From: a virus
Lineage: Duplodnaviria > Caudoviricetes
IMG/VR virus record: IMGVR_UViG_3300046779_001541
Span: 3,109-67,108 of that record
Length of the DNA: 64,000 bases
Direction: 5' to 3' (one strand)
Part shown: positions 1 to 12,129 of the stretch, piece after piece
Layout: each line of letters starts with the position of its first letter
Numbering within the stretch: the first letter of the stretch is position 1
The notes under the pieces: generated by a model
Database searches by the model: none
What the model saw: only the letters and a program-made list of their open reading frames with translations
Told to the model about the DNA's origin: nothing
Position numbers and translations under genes: made by a program

Positions 1-776
1 GGAGACTCTAGGTGAGCCTTAATTAACCACAATTCTCGGTTTTCTGGCTCACATTTGGCTAGGTATCTCATGGACGCGGCCCGTTCTGGCCTCCATACAG
101 CCTTAGGAAGCTCTAGGTGACGTCTAAACTCTTTAGCCGCTTCGCTATATTTGCCATAGAAATAGAGCTCCCTGGCGTAGTAGAAAGCGTTCCTGTCGTC
201 ATGTGGGTCCTCTGCTACAGCTTGCGCTAGTAGGGGTAGATACTGTGATCGAGGCTTAGAGTTGTCTGGGTGGTGATGAATCTCTAGGTCATACCATCTC
301 TGAGTCTCCACCTCTGGTCCATACTTAACTAAAACCTCATGAACTGGGTGCTTCCATCTGTACCCATTTCTGGAGTGAATCTTATCTCCACCGTATTGAA
401 GCCCTGGTTTAGTTTCTTGCTCGTCGGACCAATTCCAGGTGTACTGGTAGCGAGGTCGCGTTACCTTGTCTTCGTAGGCCTTCTCTAGGGCTTTACCCCA
501 CCCTGGGAGTAGGATTTCATCCATATCTAGTGCAATGCAGTAGTCAATATCCGCTGGAAGAGCAGCTAGTGCTGCATTTCTAGCATCATCAAATCTCCAT
601 GGCGATACTTTGACGTTAATAACTTCGATGCCTAGCTTAGTTGCAACTTCTACGGTACCGTCAGTACTGCCTGTATCTGCAATTAAAAGATAATCAGCGT
701 CTTTTGCGCTTTCATACCAACGCTCGACGAACTGTTCTTCGTTTAGTGCGATAGTGTAGACAGCTACTTTAACCAT
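1..776 (-). CDS. Family 2 glycosyltransferase with C-terminal TPR-like region (runs off the left edge; not in the ORF track)
   Basis: My translation from ATG at 776: MVKVAVYTIALNEEQFVERW...IADTGSTDGT...RFDDARNAAL...IALDMDE (DxD)...HPVHEVL...HHHPDNSKPRSQYLPLL...DRNAFYYARELYF. This is the GT2-TPR (SunS/SgtA-like) pattern. The ATG overlaps the upstream stop (TAATG). Confidence 0.85.
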   Translation of the reverse strand, partial: MVKVAVYTIALNEEQFVERWYESAKDADYLLIADTGSTDGTVEVATKLGIEVINVKVSPWRFDDARNAALAALPADIDYCIALDMDEILLPGWGKALEKAYEDKVTRPRYQYTWNWSDEQETKPGLQYGGDKIHSRNGYRWKHPVHEVLVKYGPEVETQRWYDLEIHHHPDNSKPRSQYLPLLAQAVAEDPHDDRNAFYYARELYFYGKYSEAAKEFRRHLELPKAVWRPERAASMRYLAKCEPENRELWLIKAHLES

Positions 777-1975
777 TATTTGACCGCTAGTACGCTAATA
801 AACTCTCTAGGCTCGTAGCTTCCGCCAATCATCATTGTTAGCATTCCTGGCTTTGATTCCATGCCAGCACGGTCACGGAACCACTCTGACCCTGGGTCAG
901 TTGTTGGAGCCTGCAGCCAGAGTCTGTCACCAATATCCATTGTTCGGAAGTTGTGGAAGTGTCCAGAGATCCAAACATCTGCCCCGCCGAGTGCAGTCTG
1001 TCCAGCAGCCTGCTGAGATAAATACTTCAAAACGTTGTTCTGATTTGCCTGGTGTCCATGGAACAGACCAAGCATTGTTCCTTCGACATCTACAGTAAGA
1101 GTCTGGTGACCAGAACTTGGGTACCTAAACTCTACATGAGCTAGTTCTGGGTTTTCTGCGCAGATGTCTTGTACAGCTGAAGCAATCTCGACATTCCATC
1201 CGTCTGCAGGGTCTGCAGCTACCTGACGAGTTACTTCATCGTGGTTTCCGTTGATGACTGGCACAACTAGTCGGTCCACTAGAGGAGCCAGAGCCTTTAT
1301 CTGGGCAAGTAGAAGTCGTCGAGCAACTCTGGTTTGCTCAGTGAGACCCAAGTCGGACGCGGCTAGTCCTTGGAGTCGTCCGCCTTGGCTGACATTGCCT
1401 TCGACGTGGTCACCGAGTAGCGCAAGACATATAGTGCCAGGAGCAATCCCAGCCTTTTTATAAGTTTCAAATCTCTGCACTGCCCTCTCTGTTAGCCCTA
1501 ATATTCTGTCTACGGAGTGCTCTGAACCGTGTCCGTTGGCTTTCTTACCAATCTGCTGATCTGCAGCAGCAATAAGGTAGGCCCCGTCGCCAGTGGACTT
1601 TTTGGTGTTTTTAGCTGGACGCCATTTTCGTATCTCGTCTGATAACTTCTCTACGTCGAGAGTATCGCCAAATGAGCCAGAAGCTGGAACTAGATTAACT
1701 CTAACTGACTCTAGCCAGTCACCGTCATATTTCTGCCACTTGCCACGGCGCATTGATGTTACACACCACTCGTCCTGGCTTAGGCCGAATTCTTCTAGAA
1801 CGGTAGAGGCGTCTGTTATCTCGCCTTCACCTCGCGGGGTAGCTACGACAAATCCACCCTTAGCAGTGTCTAGGTCCATTCTAGGACGCCAGTCTTCAGG
1901 TGTCTTATTTACTCGAACATCTGAACCACTTTGTCCAGGAAGTCTTAGTTTTTCTAATTTATCCGAAAGGCTCAC
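776..1975 (-). CDS. Calcineurin-like metallophosphoesterase
   Basis: Motifs ADQQIG, LGDHVEG, INGNHDE, FHGH and SGHFH occur in the expected order. Confidence 0.8.
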   Translation of the reverse strand: MSLSDKLEKLRLPGQSGSDVRVNKTPEDWRPRMDLDTAKGGFVVATPRGEGEITDASTVLEEFGLSQDEWCVTSMRRGKWQKYDGDWLESVRVNLVPASGSFGDTLDVEKLSDEIRKWRPAKNTKKSTGDGAYLIAAADQQIGKKANGHGSEHSVDRILGLTERAVQRFETYKKAGIAPGTICLALLGDHVEGNVSQGGRLQGLAASDLGLTEQTRVARRLLLAQIKALAPLVDRLVVPVINGNHDEVTRQVAADPADGWNVEIASAVQDICAENPELAHVEFRYPSSGHQTLTVDVEGTMLGLFHGHQANQNNVLKYLSQQAAGQTALGGADVWISGHFHNFRTMDIGDRLWLQAPTTDPGSEWFRDRAGMESKPGMLTMMIGGSYEPREFISVLAVK

Positions 1976-1982
1976 AGCTCTC

Positions 1983-2249
1983 CTACTTTAGCCTATTACA
2001 AGAACAAGCACCGCGCCTGTGCCTGTCTACTGCACTTGCACTTATATCGTAGCCCTCTTCGCGTAGAGCCTGAGCAAGTTGTGAATTTGGAACGTGGGAC
2101 AAATCTAGTGGACTAGAGTTGATCACCAAGGTAAGGGCGTCTATATCTTCTTTAGATAGATTTGGATCAAGAGTAACTTGCATTAACTTGCAGACAAAGT
2201 TATTTCTGTAAGCTAGATTAGCCTTTTGAATTTTTTCAGCTAAAGCCAT
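1983..2249 (-). CDS. Small hypothetical protein, possible HTH/Zn-binding (C..HRRGACSC)
   Basis: 88 aa with a GGAG SD; directly upstream of the phosphoesterase. Confidence 0.55.
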   Translation of the reverse strand: MALAEKIQKANLAYRNNFVCKLMQVTLDPNLSKEDIDALTLVINSSPLDLSHVPNSQLAQALREEGYDISASAVDRHRRGACSCNRLK

Positions 2250-2295
2250 AATTCTCCCTAAACCTGTACTTTAAACTTATAGTACTACAGGATGT

Positions 2296-3069
2296 CTAGT
2301 TTTCGCTAGACTCTTTTGCTTTTTTTGCTTCTTCTCGTATCTTATTGATTTCTATCATAGAGACAAATCTACCGTTAAAGTTATAGTCACCAGAGTGTGA
2401 AATCTTCACCCACGGCGCTGACCAGACCTCTCCCCCTACGCTCTGCCAAAGTCTACAGAATGCGTAATCTTCTGATAGGAGTACGTCGTGTTCATCAATA
2501 AAAGTTGTGAAGTACTCGGTGACCATTTCACCAAAGCCGATGCCAGTATTGCCTACGTTGTTGTTTTTATACTTCTTACAAATTGGCTCTAGCTGCTCAA
2601 ACACTTTACGCGAGATGAACATCATACCAGTTCCGATGTCTTTGACCTTGAATGGTTCGTTGGAGTTAAATGCCTGAGATTCTGCTAATAGGTTAATTGC
2701 AAAGTGACCAGAATATTCTTCTAGATTCTCTTTGCCAGCCAATGCAGCTGCTCTAACGTTTTCCCAGTTAATCCCCTTCATCGGGTAGATGGCACCAATT
2801 AAATCTTTCTCAGATTCAATCATTCTTACAACATCATCTGCATCCCAACCGTGGTCAGCATCTATGAATAGTAGGGCATCAAAATCTGTCTTCATAAATC
2901 TGTGAGCCAGAGTATTTCTAGCTCTAGTGATGAGACTCTCATTGCCGACAGTGGTCGTATTGATTATGTGACCTCGCTGCGATAATTTAACAATTAAATT
3001 CTGCATCGAGATTGTGTACTGATTTTTTGCAATACCACCATACATTGGCGTGGCGATGAATATTTTCAT
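2296..3069 (-). CDS. GT-A-fold glycosyltransferase-like protein
   Basis: IATPMYGG, ESLITRARN, LFIDAD (DxD), GTGMMFISRKVFE, LSEDYAFCRLW, H-x-G. Confidence 0.7.
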   Translation of the reverse strand: MKIFIATPMYGGIAKNQYTISMQNLIVKLSQRGHIINTTTVGNESLITRARNTLAHRFMKTDFDALLFIDADHGWDADDVVRMIESEKDLIGAIYPMKGINWENVRAAALAGKENLEEYSGHFAINLLAESQAFNSNEPFKVKDIGTGMMFISRKVFEQLEPICKKYKNNNVGNTGIGFGEMVTEYFTTFIDEHDVLLSEDYAFCRLWQSVGGEVWSAPWVKISHSGDYNFNGRFVSMIEINKIREEAKKAKESSEN

Positions 3070-3075
3070 TATGTC

Positions 3076-5733
3076 CTAAATGTTACTGTTGGCGTATCGG
3101 GCCTGTGCGCTAAAGTCTACCACAGGTGCCTGCGGTACCTCTCTAGGCATCATAATGTAGCCCTTAATTGTGGCTTTAGATCCAGTTCCTATAATCTCTA
3201 GACCTCTGTCCGAAAGCTTTCTAGTAAATCCAATTTGCGTCAGTGGTCGCTCACCTCTAGCATCGCTCCATAGCTTGTATAGGCTATAGATCTGGCTAAC
3301 ATTGATACTTCCACCCTCTGAAGGCTTTGCTTCCTCCTCTAAGAATGCACCAATTCGGTCTTCATTCTTTCTATAGAAGTCGTGCGCTTCCTTAACTACG
3401 GCACACCAACCTAGTGGGTCTGACTGGCTTGACGAGAGGTACTTAACCGCGCCCTCTACAGCCCAGGCTAGGACTGCTGGCAACGCTCCCTCTGGGTCAG
3501 CAAGGTATGGCTTAAGGGTTACGTCTGGCTTTTCTGGCTTATTGGTCAAAGGAATTGGGCGAATACGACGCCACATGGCATCGTCTGTAATGATAGGCCT
3601 GTGGTTAGTCGAAATCCAGAGCTTGCCCTGAGATGTGAACTGAATAGGTCGCTCACCAGGTGAACGTCCCTGAATAGTCCCAGAACCAGTCAGCTTCTTA
3701 ACCTGGTTTTCCTTAATTCGCTCTGATTCTGGCAACTCATCTACCCAGATCATACGACGACCACGAAGCTCAGCCATGTGGTATTCCTCTGATGCACTGA
3801 CTCGGTCTCCAAGTGCCAGAACGTTAGAGTCTAGTGCCCATGCATACTGAGCACTACCTAGAGCTTCGAACACAGTTTCAATGAAGGTGTTCTTACCAGA
3901 TCCTGGAGGACCGTAAATCATAAACATAATGTCCTGGCTATTTAGACCAGTTAAGGTATACCCGACAGCTAGCTGTAGCCAGTTAATGAGTTCTGGATCA
4001 TTGCCTGTTGCTTCAGATAGGAATGTCTCCCAGCGCACATTTCTCATGCCCTGGGTGTAGTTGATTGGTGAACGCTTGGTTAGGTGTAGGTCTGGTCTAC
4101 CAGCCTTAAGCTCCCCAGTCTTAAGATCAATAACACCATTCTTGACACCAAGCAAATAAGGGTTGTTATCCCATTCTTCTACAGCAACCTGGATACGCTC
4201 ATCCGAAGAAGCCTGTGAAATCATGTTCTCAATGGCTGAGTTAGATTTAGCCTTATTAGCGTGCTTAACAAGATCAGCAGCCCGTGGGTCATCAACACTG
4301 TAGTTTGCAACTTCGCTGGCAATAACAGTAGACACCATCTTGCTTACTTCTTTAATAGATTTCATCTGGGTGTCTGGCTTCCAGTAGTTGCCATCCCAGA
4401 TAAACCATCCGACGTTAGGGGTATACCTGACGGTAGAGCCAAAAGCATCCACCAACCGACGACCATTACCCACATCCGACAAGCTTCGGAATCCTGGTCG
4501 TCCACCAGCTTCTTCGCTAAGGGCGTCTACGTCTTTAGGTAGGTCCAGATTTCCACCCAGTGCTACATCTTTAAGACCCTTACCTTGAGCAGCAAAAGTC
4601 GCCATCTGAGTACCTACTGCATTTGCTATAGGTGTATCTACAGTATCGGCGTCTAGAGTGTCATAGTTAAATGCACTGGCTGCGCTAACTGTCTGTATAA
4701 ACTCTCTTTCAGCGCCTTCAGCCCATGCTACACCCTGGGACTTAACCCAGGTAGATAGTTCATTCCAGTAGAGGTCGATTTTAGGGTTCTCTGCAACGAA
4801 CTCAATGGCGCGACGAGTGTGCATTAGAACTGAGTTAGGGCCTTCTAGTTCCATTGGAGGGACAACAGCTTCTGCGTTGAATCGCAGCATGGTTGTCTCT
4901 ACTAGATTGCGCTTAAACTCGTTGTCAACACCGATCTTGTTTGCAAGAGCACATGCGATCTGGTACATACCAACGGCACGGTGACCTTCAGTAAGACCTT
5001 CTGCCATCAGCTTTTCTACATCTAACTTCTGACCAGCAAAAGTTAGGTCGTTCATAGACGACCAGTCAAATACTTCGTACGATGAACCGCCAGGGCGCTT
5101 ACGTAGACTTCTTGCTCTAAGTACTGCTAATAGCTCCTCGGGAGCTTCCGCGATCTCTTTCTCCCATGGGGCGTGTCCTGGCTTCCACTCGTAGGTGACT
5201 CCAGAAAAGTGTCGAGAGGGCGAGATGAGGATATAGCCGTTGTGTTTAATATCGATACCATCTAGGCCTTCTGCCTTTAGGTTTCCAATAAATTTTTCAT
5301 CTGGGTCGCACTTGTAGATTAGGTGACGCCCGCGCTTACCTAGCTCGCCCCAAACTCCAGTAATTGCTTCTACAGTTGGAGGAAGTTCCCCCATTGCTCG
5401 CTCTACTAGCTTCTCAAACGACTTGTCTCCACCAGAACGTGGGTCGATATCAATTACAAAAAATCCAGAGGGTCTTGCGAATACGCCAATATTGTAGTCA
5501 GGGTTTTCTTCCCACCACTGCTCGATCTGGTTTAGATCGGAAGTAGCATCTACTTGACCCCTCTTAGCTGCTGGGTGCTTTCCAACCTCTTTAGGGTCAT
5601 TGTGCGACTTACCGCAAGTGCACTTCCCGCTTCTATCAATACCGTGCACTGGCAATACGTGCCAGCCAAGTTTTTCCGCGTACCACTTAGCGCCAGGGAG
5701 CATTCTCCCGTTGGCTGATGCCCAATCTCCCAT
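3076..5733 (-). CDS. Bifunctional primase-polymerase fused to a D5-like SF3 helicase
   Basis: N-terminal Prim-Pol (PVHG...CTCG...GKHP, NIG, VIDIDPR, RHLIY), a D5_N region, Walker A GPPGSGKNT, Walker B IWVDE, motif C STNHRP. Confidence 0.92.
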   Translation of the reverse strand: MGDWASANGRMLPGAKWYAEKLGWHVLPVHGIDRSGKCTCGKSHNDPKEVGKHPAAKRGQVDATSDLNQIEQWWEENPDYNIGVFARPSGFFVIDIDPRSGGDKSFEKLVERAMGELPPTVEAITGVWGELGKRGRHLIYKCDPDEKFIGNLKAEGLDGIDIKHNGYILISPSRHFSGVTYEWKPGHAPWEKEIAEAPEELLAVLRARSLRKRPGGSSYEVFDWSSMNDLTFAGQKLDVEKLMAEGLTEGHRAVGMYQIACALANKIGVDNEFKRNLVETTMLRFNAEAVVPPMELEGPNSVLMHTRRAIEFVAENPKIDLYWNELSTWVKSQGVAWAEGAEREFIQTVSAASAFNYDTLDADTVDTPIANAVGTQMATFAAQGKGLKDVALGGNLDLPKDVDALSEEAGGRPGFRSLSDVGNGRRLVDAFGSTVRYTPNVGWFIWDGNYWKPDTQMKSIKEVSKMVSTVIASEVANYSVDDPRAADLVKHANKAKSNSAIENMISQASSDERIQVAVEEWDNNPYLLGVKNGVIDLKTGELKAGRPDLHLTKRSPINYTQGMRNVRWETFLSEATGNDPELINWLQLAVGYTLTGLNSQDIMFMIYGPPGSGKNTFIETVFEALGSAQYAWALDSNVLALGDRVSASEEYHMAELRGRRMIWVDELPESERIKENQVKKLTGSGTIQGRSPGERPIQFTSQGKLWISTNHRPIITDDAMWRRIRPIPLTNKPEKPDVTLKPYLADPEGALPAVLAWAVEGAVKYLSSSQSDPLGWCAVVKEAHDFYRKNEDRIGAFLEEEAKPSEGGSINVSQIYSLYKLWSDARGERPLTQIGFTRKLSDRGLEIIGTGSKATIKGYIMMPREVPQAPVVDFSAQARYANSNI

Positions 5734-5962
5734 AGTGTTGGCCTACCTAACGTAACTCAAGTATCTCAATATTTGGATACTAAATCTTTGATTAGCATAC
5801 ACCTCTCCGCTGCGAATGCAAATTAAATCGCGAAAGATGCTCAAAAAAGATTGGAGTTGTGACCAACTTAATGGCTAGACCCCTCCAATAAGGGGTACCG
5901 TATTAGGGTAAAATGGATGAAGCAAATCTAATTGCCCAATCTCTCCGTAGGAACCATTATAC

Positions 5963-6343
5963 ATGACTAACGAACTTTTATTGGCCATAGCTGCATCTAT
6001 AACAGCTATTGGAGTTCTACTAGCGGCCATTGTGTCAATCTATAGGGCAGCCAAAAGAATCGGAGATGCTCTTGGTGTAGACGCTAAAGGTAGAACCTTA
6101 GCAGACAGGCTCGATAGAGTAGAGCACCAGCTCTGGGAGAACGGCGGCAGCTCTTTAGCTGATCGCGTAAATAACATCGAGAAGCATGTTGTAAAAGTCT
6201 CAACGGAGATCGAGTTTATTAAAGATTTGACAATGGGCCTGCACAATGCCAGCACTTCGTCTACTCAGGTGTTTTTCCCCGCCATGCACGAAGAAGTCAT
6301 CGAGCCAATTAAGAAGCCGATTCGTCGAAGGAAAGCTAGTTAA
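5963..6343 (+). CDS. Small membrane-anchored protein (DUF2746-like actinophage family)
   Basis: N-terminal TM helix followed by ..EHQLWENGGSSLADRV coiled coil. Confidence 0.55.
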   Translation: MTNELLLAIAASITAIGVLLAAIVSIYRAAKRIGDALGVDAKGRTLADRLDRVEHQLWENGGSSLADRVNNIEKHVVKVSTEIEFIKDLTMGLHNASTSSTQVFFPAMHEEVIEPIKKPIRRRKAS

Positions 6344-6564
6344 CTTTCTAGAGCTTTAAGTCTAGCTGCAAGCTCGTCTAGTGCCTCGGCTATAGTAGAC
6401 GGAGCCGAATCCCAGTTGGTTTCGTCATCAGGCGAGTAGGGGCTAGCATCAACTGCAGTCGTTGCTACAGCTTTCCAAGCTAAACCGCTCCACTCCCACG
6501 TGTACACACCAAAAGTGTACTCGTCTCCAACGGATGGGTTTTCAGGAAAATTAATTACTGGCAT
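6340..6564 (-). CDS. Small virion/fibre-associated protein
   Basis: N-terminal NFP.NP..GD.Y....YTWEWSG.AW motif shared with the collagen fibre at 8234..9673. Confidence 0.55.
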   Translation of the reverse strand: MPVINFPENPSVGDEYTFGVYTWEWSGLAWKAVATTAVDASPYSPDDETNWDSAPSTIAEALDELAARLKALES

Positions 6565-6572
6565 TAGTATCC

Positions 6573-6902
6573 TTACCTTAGGCCTCTAATAAGGGCGTCT
6601 ATCTCGGCGTCCGTAAGCCCTACAGTGTCTTTTAGTTTTTGTCTAGCAGTGAATGGTGCTTGCCTAACAGCAATCTCTTCAGCTGTCAGCTCTCTGACAG
6701 CCCAGGTTTGGGTGTATACCCCATCAATCAGCTCTGGCTCTTGCTCGTAGTACAGCTCTGACTCTGTTATAGCTGGTGGAGTAGTGGCTAAAACCTCAAA
6801 CCAACCCTCTGGCAGCTGATCTCCAATCTGCCAACCCTCAACTTGAATCATTGCGTCGCCAGGGTAGAGTGGGTACCTATTGTTTACTGTATCTATAAAC
6901 AT
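6573..6902 (-). CDS. Tail-fibre assembly chaperone-like protein
   Basis: Small acidic protein with DGVYTQTWAVRELTAEEIA, lying downstream of fibre genes. Confidence 0.5.
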   Translation of the reverse strand: MFIDTVNNRYPLYPGDAMIQVEGWQIGDQLPEGWFEVLATTPPAITESELYYEQEPELIDGVYTQTWAVRELTAEEIAVRQAPFTARQKLKDTVGLTDAEIDALIRGLR

Positions 6903-6907
6903 AATTA

Positions 6908-8233
6908 TTACCTTATATTCTTTCTATACGAGGACAACGCTGCAGTAGTTGGTGTTGCATTTCCCGTAGTTGATGTAGATGATGTAGATGAAACTCCAAT
7001 TGAAGTGGTCGCCCAACCAGCCGTGGATGCGGAACTCAGTGAGCTATTTGAGTAGGTTAAATCTCCGTACGTGCCCGTCAATGATCCATCACCTGGAAGT
7101 TTTAGTACCCCTACACAGGCGTTAGATGCTCCACCTACAGATATGTAGCTTATAGGAATATAGAGATTTTCACTAGAATCTATCTGAATTTCTCCGTTAT
7201 ATCCAGTCGATATTCCAGTCATAGTTCTCTGCCATAGAAGCGTACCGTTTGTATCGTATTTAGCGATCAAAACTGCGTAATTAGGGTAATCATTTCCAAC
7301 AACATATATATTACCTGATGTAGGTGAGTGGACTACAGATCGCCATAGTGCGCCGTCTAGTGCTCGAGTCCACACCATTGACCCCGTAGATCCGTTAATT
7401 TTAGCAAGGATTGATATAACGGTATAAGGAGAGACACCTGAGTCTGATCCTTGATATCCAGCGACATAAGCGTAAGAAGTATCAGCGGACATTCCCACTA
7501 TACTGCTATACCTATTTGAATCATTGTTATAGTAGATGCTCCATAGCTGAGAATACGTCTCGCTTAGTTTTGTCACTAGGCCGTAAGCTTCGGGAAATGA
7601 TCCAGTAGATGCAAAATCTCCATAGAAGTAGTTATTTTGCGTTGATCCATCAATTTTTACGTTGTCAAAATAGCCGTTACTGCCGTGAGTCAGATTCCTG
7701 TAGGTATTGAAGTTATCGCCTGTAGTATTAAATCTAGTCGTCATGTAATACTTACTAGGGGCACTACCAAATCCAGCAACGGTAACAGTGTTTCCGAACG
7801 GGTCTAGTGCCAAAGATTTAGTGTGGAACTGAGTATTGCTAGTTACACCGTCTCCAACTAATCGTTGCCATTGGATATCTCCATCAGTATTTATTTTCAT
7901 GTGGAGACGCTTTGCCACGCCGCTTATATATACGGCACCAACTAAAAATAGATCGCCACCATTAGACTTCATCGACTGGAAGTATGTCTCATACCCAGAT
8001 ACTTGATACCACTTCTGCCAAAGTTTGGTACCGTAGGGGTCTATTTTTGCTAAAAACCCTGCGCCTATATTTCCAGGGCCATTTCCGTATCCGCAGATGT
8101 AGCTATTACCAGACGAGTCGATTGCTATGCCTTGATGGTTTTCATAGGTTGCAGAAGTTTCTCCAAAAACAGATATCCAGTAATCGGATCTAGAATCTAG
8201 TGATGCTCCAAGGAATCCTACAGACCACGCCAT
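6908..8233 (-). CDS. Beta-propeller virion protein (putative receptor-binding)
   Basis: Repeated blades such as GIAIDSSGNSYICGY, LAKIDPYGTKLWQK and IAKYDTNGTLLWQRT, plus a Ser/Thr-rich tail. Confidence 0.65.
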   Translation of the reverse strand: MAWSVGFLGASLDSRSDYWISVFGETSATYENHQGIAIDSSGNSYICGYGNGPGNIGAGFLAKIDPYGTKLWQKWYQVSGYETYFQSMKSNGGDLFLVGAVYISGVAKRLHMKINTDGDIQWQRLVGDGVTSNTQFHTKSLALDPFGNTVTVAGFGSAPSKYYMTTRFNTTGDNFNTYRNLTHGSNGYFDNVKIDGSTQNNYFYGDFASTGSFPEAYGLVTKLSETYSQLWSIYYNNDSNRYSSIVGMSADTSYAYVAGYQGSDSGVSPYTVISILAKINGSTGSMVWTRALDGALWRSVVHSPTSGNIYVVGNDYPNYAVLIAKYDTNGTLLWQRTMTGISTGYNGEIQIDSSENLYIPISYISVGGASNACVGVLKLPGDGSLTGTYGDLTYSNSSLSSASTAGWATTSIGVSSTSSTSTTGNATPTTAALSSYRKNIR

Positions 8234-9672
<1,439 letters not shown>

Positions 9673-9673
<1 letters not shown>

Positions 9674-11688
9674 TATGGAGTACCTCCATCAAGAGTGTCT
9701 ATCCACTCGTAGTCATAATCATTGTCACTGGCTTTAACTAATATCTGACCAGTAGTTCCGCCTGGAGGTGCTCCAGCGCCTGTAGGCCCCTGAAGTCCTG
9801 TCGCGCCAGTTGGACCTGTAGGACCCTGGATACCTTGCTCGCCCTGCTCGCCAGTTGCACCAGTTGGACCTGTAGGGCCCTGAATGCCCTGATCGCCAGT
9901 TGCACCAGTTGGACCAGTAGCACCAGTTGGACCAGTCGCTCCAGTGGGGCCAGTAGGCCCTGTTTCTCCTTGAATACCCTGCTCGCCCTGCGGGCCAGTA
10001 GGGCCTAAGTCTGTTGTAGCTACTTCAATCCAGAAGTTATCATAGAAAATGTAGAATTTAGCAGTCGATGTGTTGAACCACGCATCTCCTTCTGCTGGTG
10101 ATGACGGCGGGGTGTCGCCCAGAGTGTATGTGCCCTGTGGACCAGTCGCTCCAGTCGGGCCAGTCGGTCCAGTAGGACCCTGAATACCCTGAGCTCCAGT
10201 TGGTCCAGTAGGCCCCTGAGGAACCACAAAATCTATGGTTTGGTTAGGGGCATCACCAGATATTGTGACTTCAGCATCGCCACCAGGCTCGGAAGCTGAG
10301 ACAGTGCCTACGGTCAACTCGTTGGCTGCACCTGTAGGACCTAAAGCACCTGTTGGACCAGTTGGGCCTAAGGCACCAGTTGGACCCGTCGGTCCTGTCG
10401 GACCTACTTCACCCTGAGGGCCAACAATCTGACCTGCATCAGTCCACTCAGATCCGCCCCAGACCCAGAGATTTCCGTCAGCATCTACGATATAGGCATC
10501 ATTTATTTCGGAGGATTCAGGTAAATCTTCTACTGTAGATACTGACCCGATAAAGTTGATGTTAACACCCTGTGGACCAGTAGGGCCTAGTGCACCAGTT
10601 GCACCAGTAGCACCAGTTGGACCGATTCGGTTAGCGCTTACTTCGACCCAGGTATTGTCCAGCCTCATGAAGAACAGACCGCTAGTTGAGTCAAACCAAC
10701 CATCGCCCTCTTCGGCACCTAGTGGCGGGGCTGTAGCTACTTCAAAATTTCCATCAGCACCTGTAGCGCCTGTGGCACCTATAGGACCAGTAGCTCCAGT
10801 TGGGCCAACTAGACCAGTTAAACCCTGAGAACCCGTCGGTCCAGTTGGACCTGTTGCACCAGTTGCACCAGTGGCACCTGTTGGACCTGTAATAGACAAA
10901 CCAGCAACACCCTGCGCACCAGTTGGACCTGTTGCACCAGTTGCACCAGATGCTCCAGTAGGTCCTGTTGCGCCAGTCGCGCCTACAAGGCCAGCAACAC
11001 CCTGCGGTCCCGTTGGTCCTACTGCGCCTTGAGTACCAGATTGCCCCTGAGGACCTGTTGGACCTGTAATAGACAAACCAGCAACACCCTGCGCACCAGT
11101 TGGACCTGTTGCACCAGTTGCACCAGTTGGACCTGTTGCACCAGTTGCACCAGTTGGACCTGTTGCACCTGTTTCACCGTCCGCGCCGTCGGAACCGTCT
11201 ACACCATCACTACCAGCAGGGCCAGTAGCACCTGTTGGTCCAGTAGCACCTGTTGCGCCAGTTGCGCCAGTAGGCCCTGTAATGCTCAAACCTGCCGCAC
11301 CAGCAGCACCAGTGGCACCTGTTGGACCTGTCGCACCAGTTGCACCAGTGGCACCTGTTGGACCAGTAATAGATAAACCAGCTGAACCTTGCGGTCCAGT
11401 TGCACCAGTAGCACCTGTTGGACCTACGGAACCAGTTGCACCAGTTGGGCCAGTAATAGATAGGCCAGCAATACCTTGAGGACCAGTTGCACCAGTTGGG
11501 CCTGTAGGACCAGTGACTGTGCTAGCAGCACCAGTTGGACCAGTTGCACCAGTTGGACCTGTTGCACCAGTTGGACCTGTAGAGCCTGTTGGGCCTCCAG
11601 CTGGACCTGCAGGACCAGTTGGACCAGCTGGACCTTGAGGTCCTGGCCCCTTTACATCTACATATGCAAAGTTATCGGAAAGCGCCAT
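9673..11688 (-). CDS. Collagen-like fibre protein
   Basis: G-X-Y tracts, two P....EGD.WF..... globular inserts, and C-terminal [22 protein letters not shown]. Confidence 0.9.
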
Positions 11689-12062
11689 TACTTGGTTACC
11701 TCAGCCCTTACAATAAATTTCCCCTGAATAATTCTGGTAGTTTCACTAGTAGGAGACTCTACTTCCAGATCGTAGACATACGACTTAGGGGCATAGTCTG
11801 CCATATCTGCTGGAGGTATCAGTAGGGTAATTGTGCCTGCTGTCTCGTTAACTGTTAGATACCCGTTTTCAGTTGTATATTCTGATACCACTACTAGCTC
11901 TGGGTCTCTAGTTGTAGAGTCCCAATCCCGTACTTGCATACGTGCTGTATAGTCTGTCAATGGTATAGCCCTACGAGCAGAGGTTTTTATGCCAAATACT
12001 TGGTGTACAGTCGAGCCCTGATCCACGATCAGATTATGCACGTTGCCTCGTATGTGGCTCAT
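11688..12062 (-). CDS. Ig-like fibre adaptor (BppU/LtfC-like), paralog of 28388..28750
   Basis: DQGST...YTARMQVR...TTENG...YVYDLE...[13 protein letters not shown]. Confidence 0.65.
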   Translation of the reverse strand: MSHIRGNVHNLIVDQGSTVHQVFGIKTSARRAIPLTDYTARMQVRDWDSTTRDPELVVVSEYTTENGYLTVNETAGTITLLIPPADMADYAPKSYVYDLEVESPTSETTRIIQGKFIVRAEVTK

Positions 12063-12099
12063 TGGGCGTCCTTATAGGGGGAAAACTAGACTAGTCCCT

Positions 12100-12114
12100 A
12101 CAATTTTACCGCAG
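12100..12114 (-). promoter_or_regulatory. Extended -10 promoter CTGCGGTAAAATTGT for the left fibre operon
   Basis: The identical 15-mer recurs at 61630..61644; the variant GCGGTACAAT lies upstream of 28750. Confidence 0.6.
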
Positions 12115-12129
12115 TTTGGGTAAACCTAG

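Noticed and set aside
5734-5962. AT-rich intergenic stretch next to the primase-helicase as a replication origin
   Set aside because: No iterons or clear repeats; divergent promoters explain it adequately.
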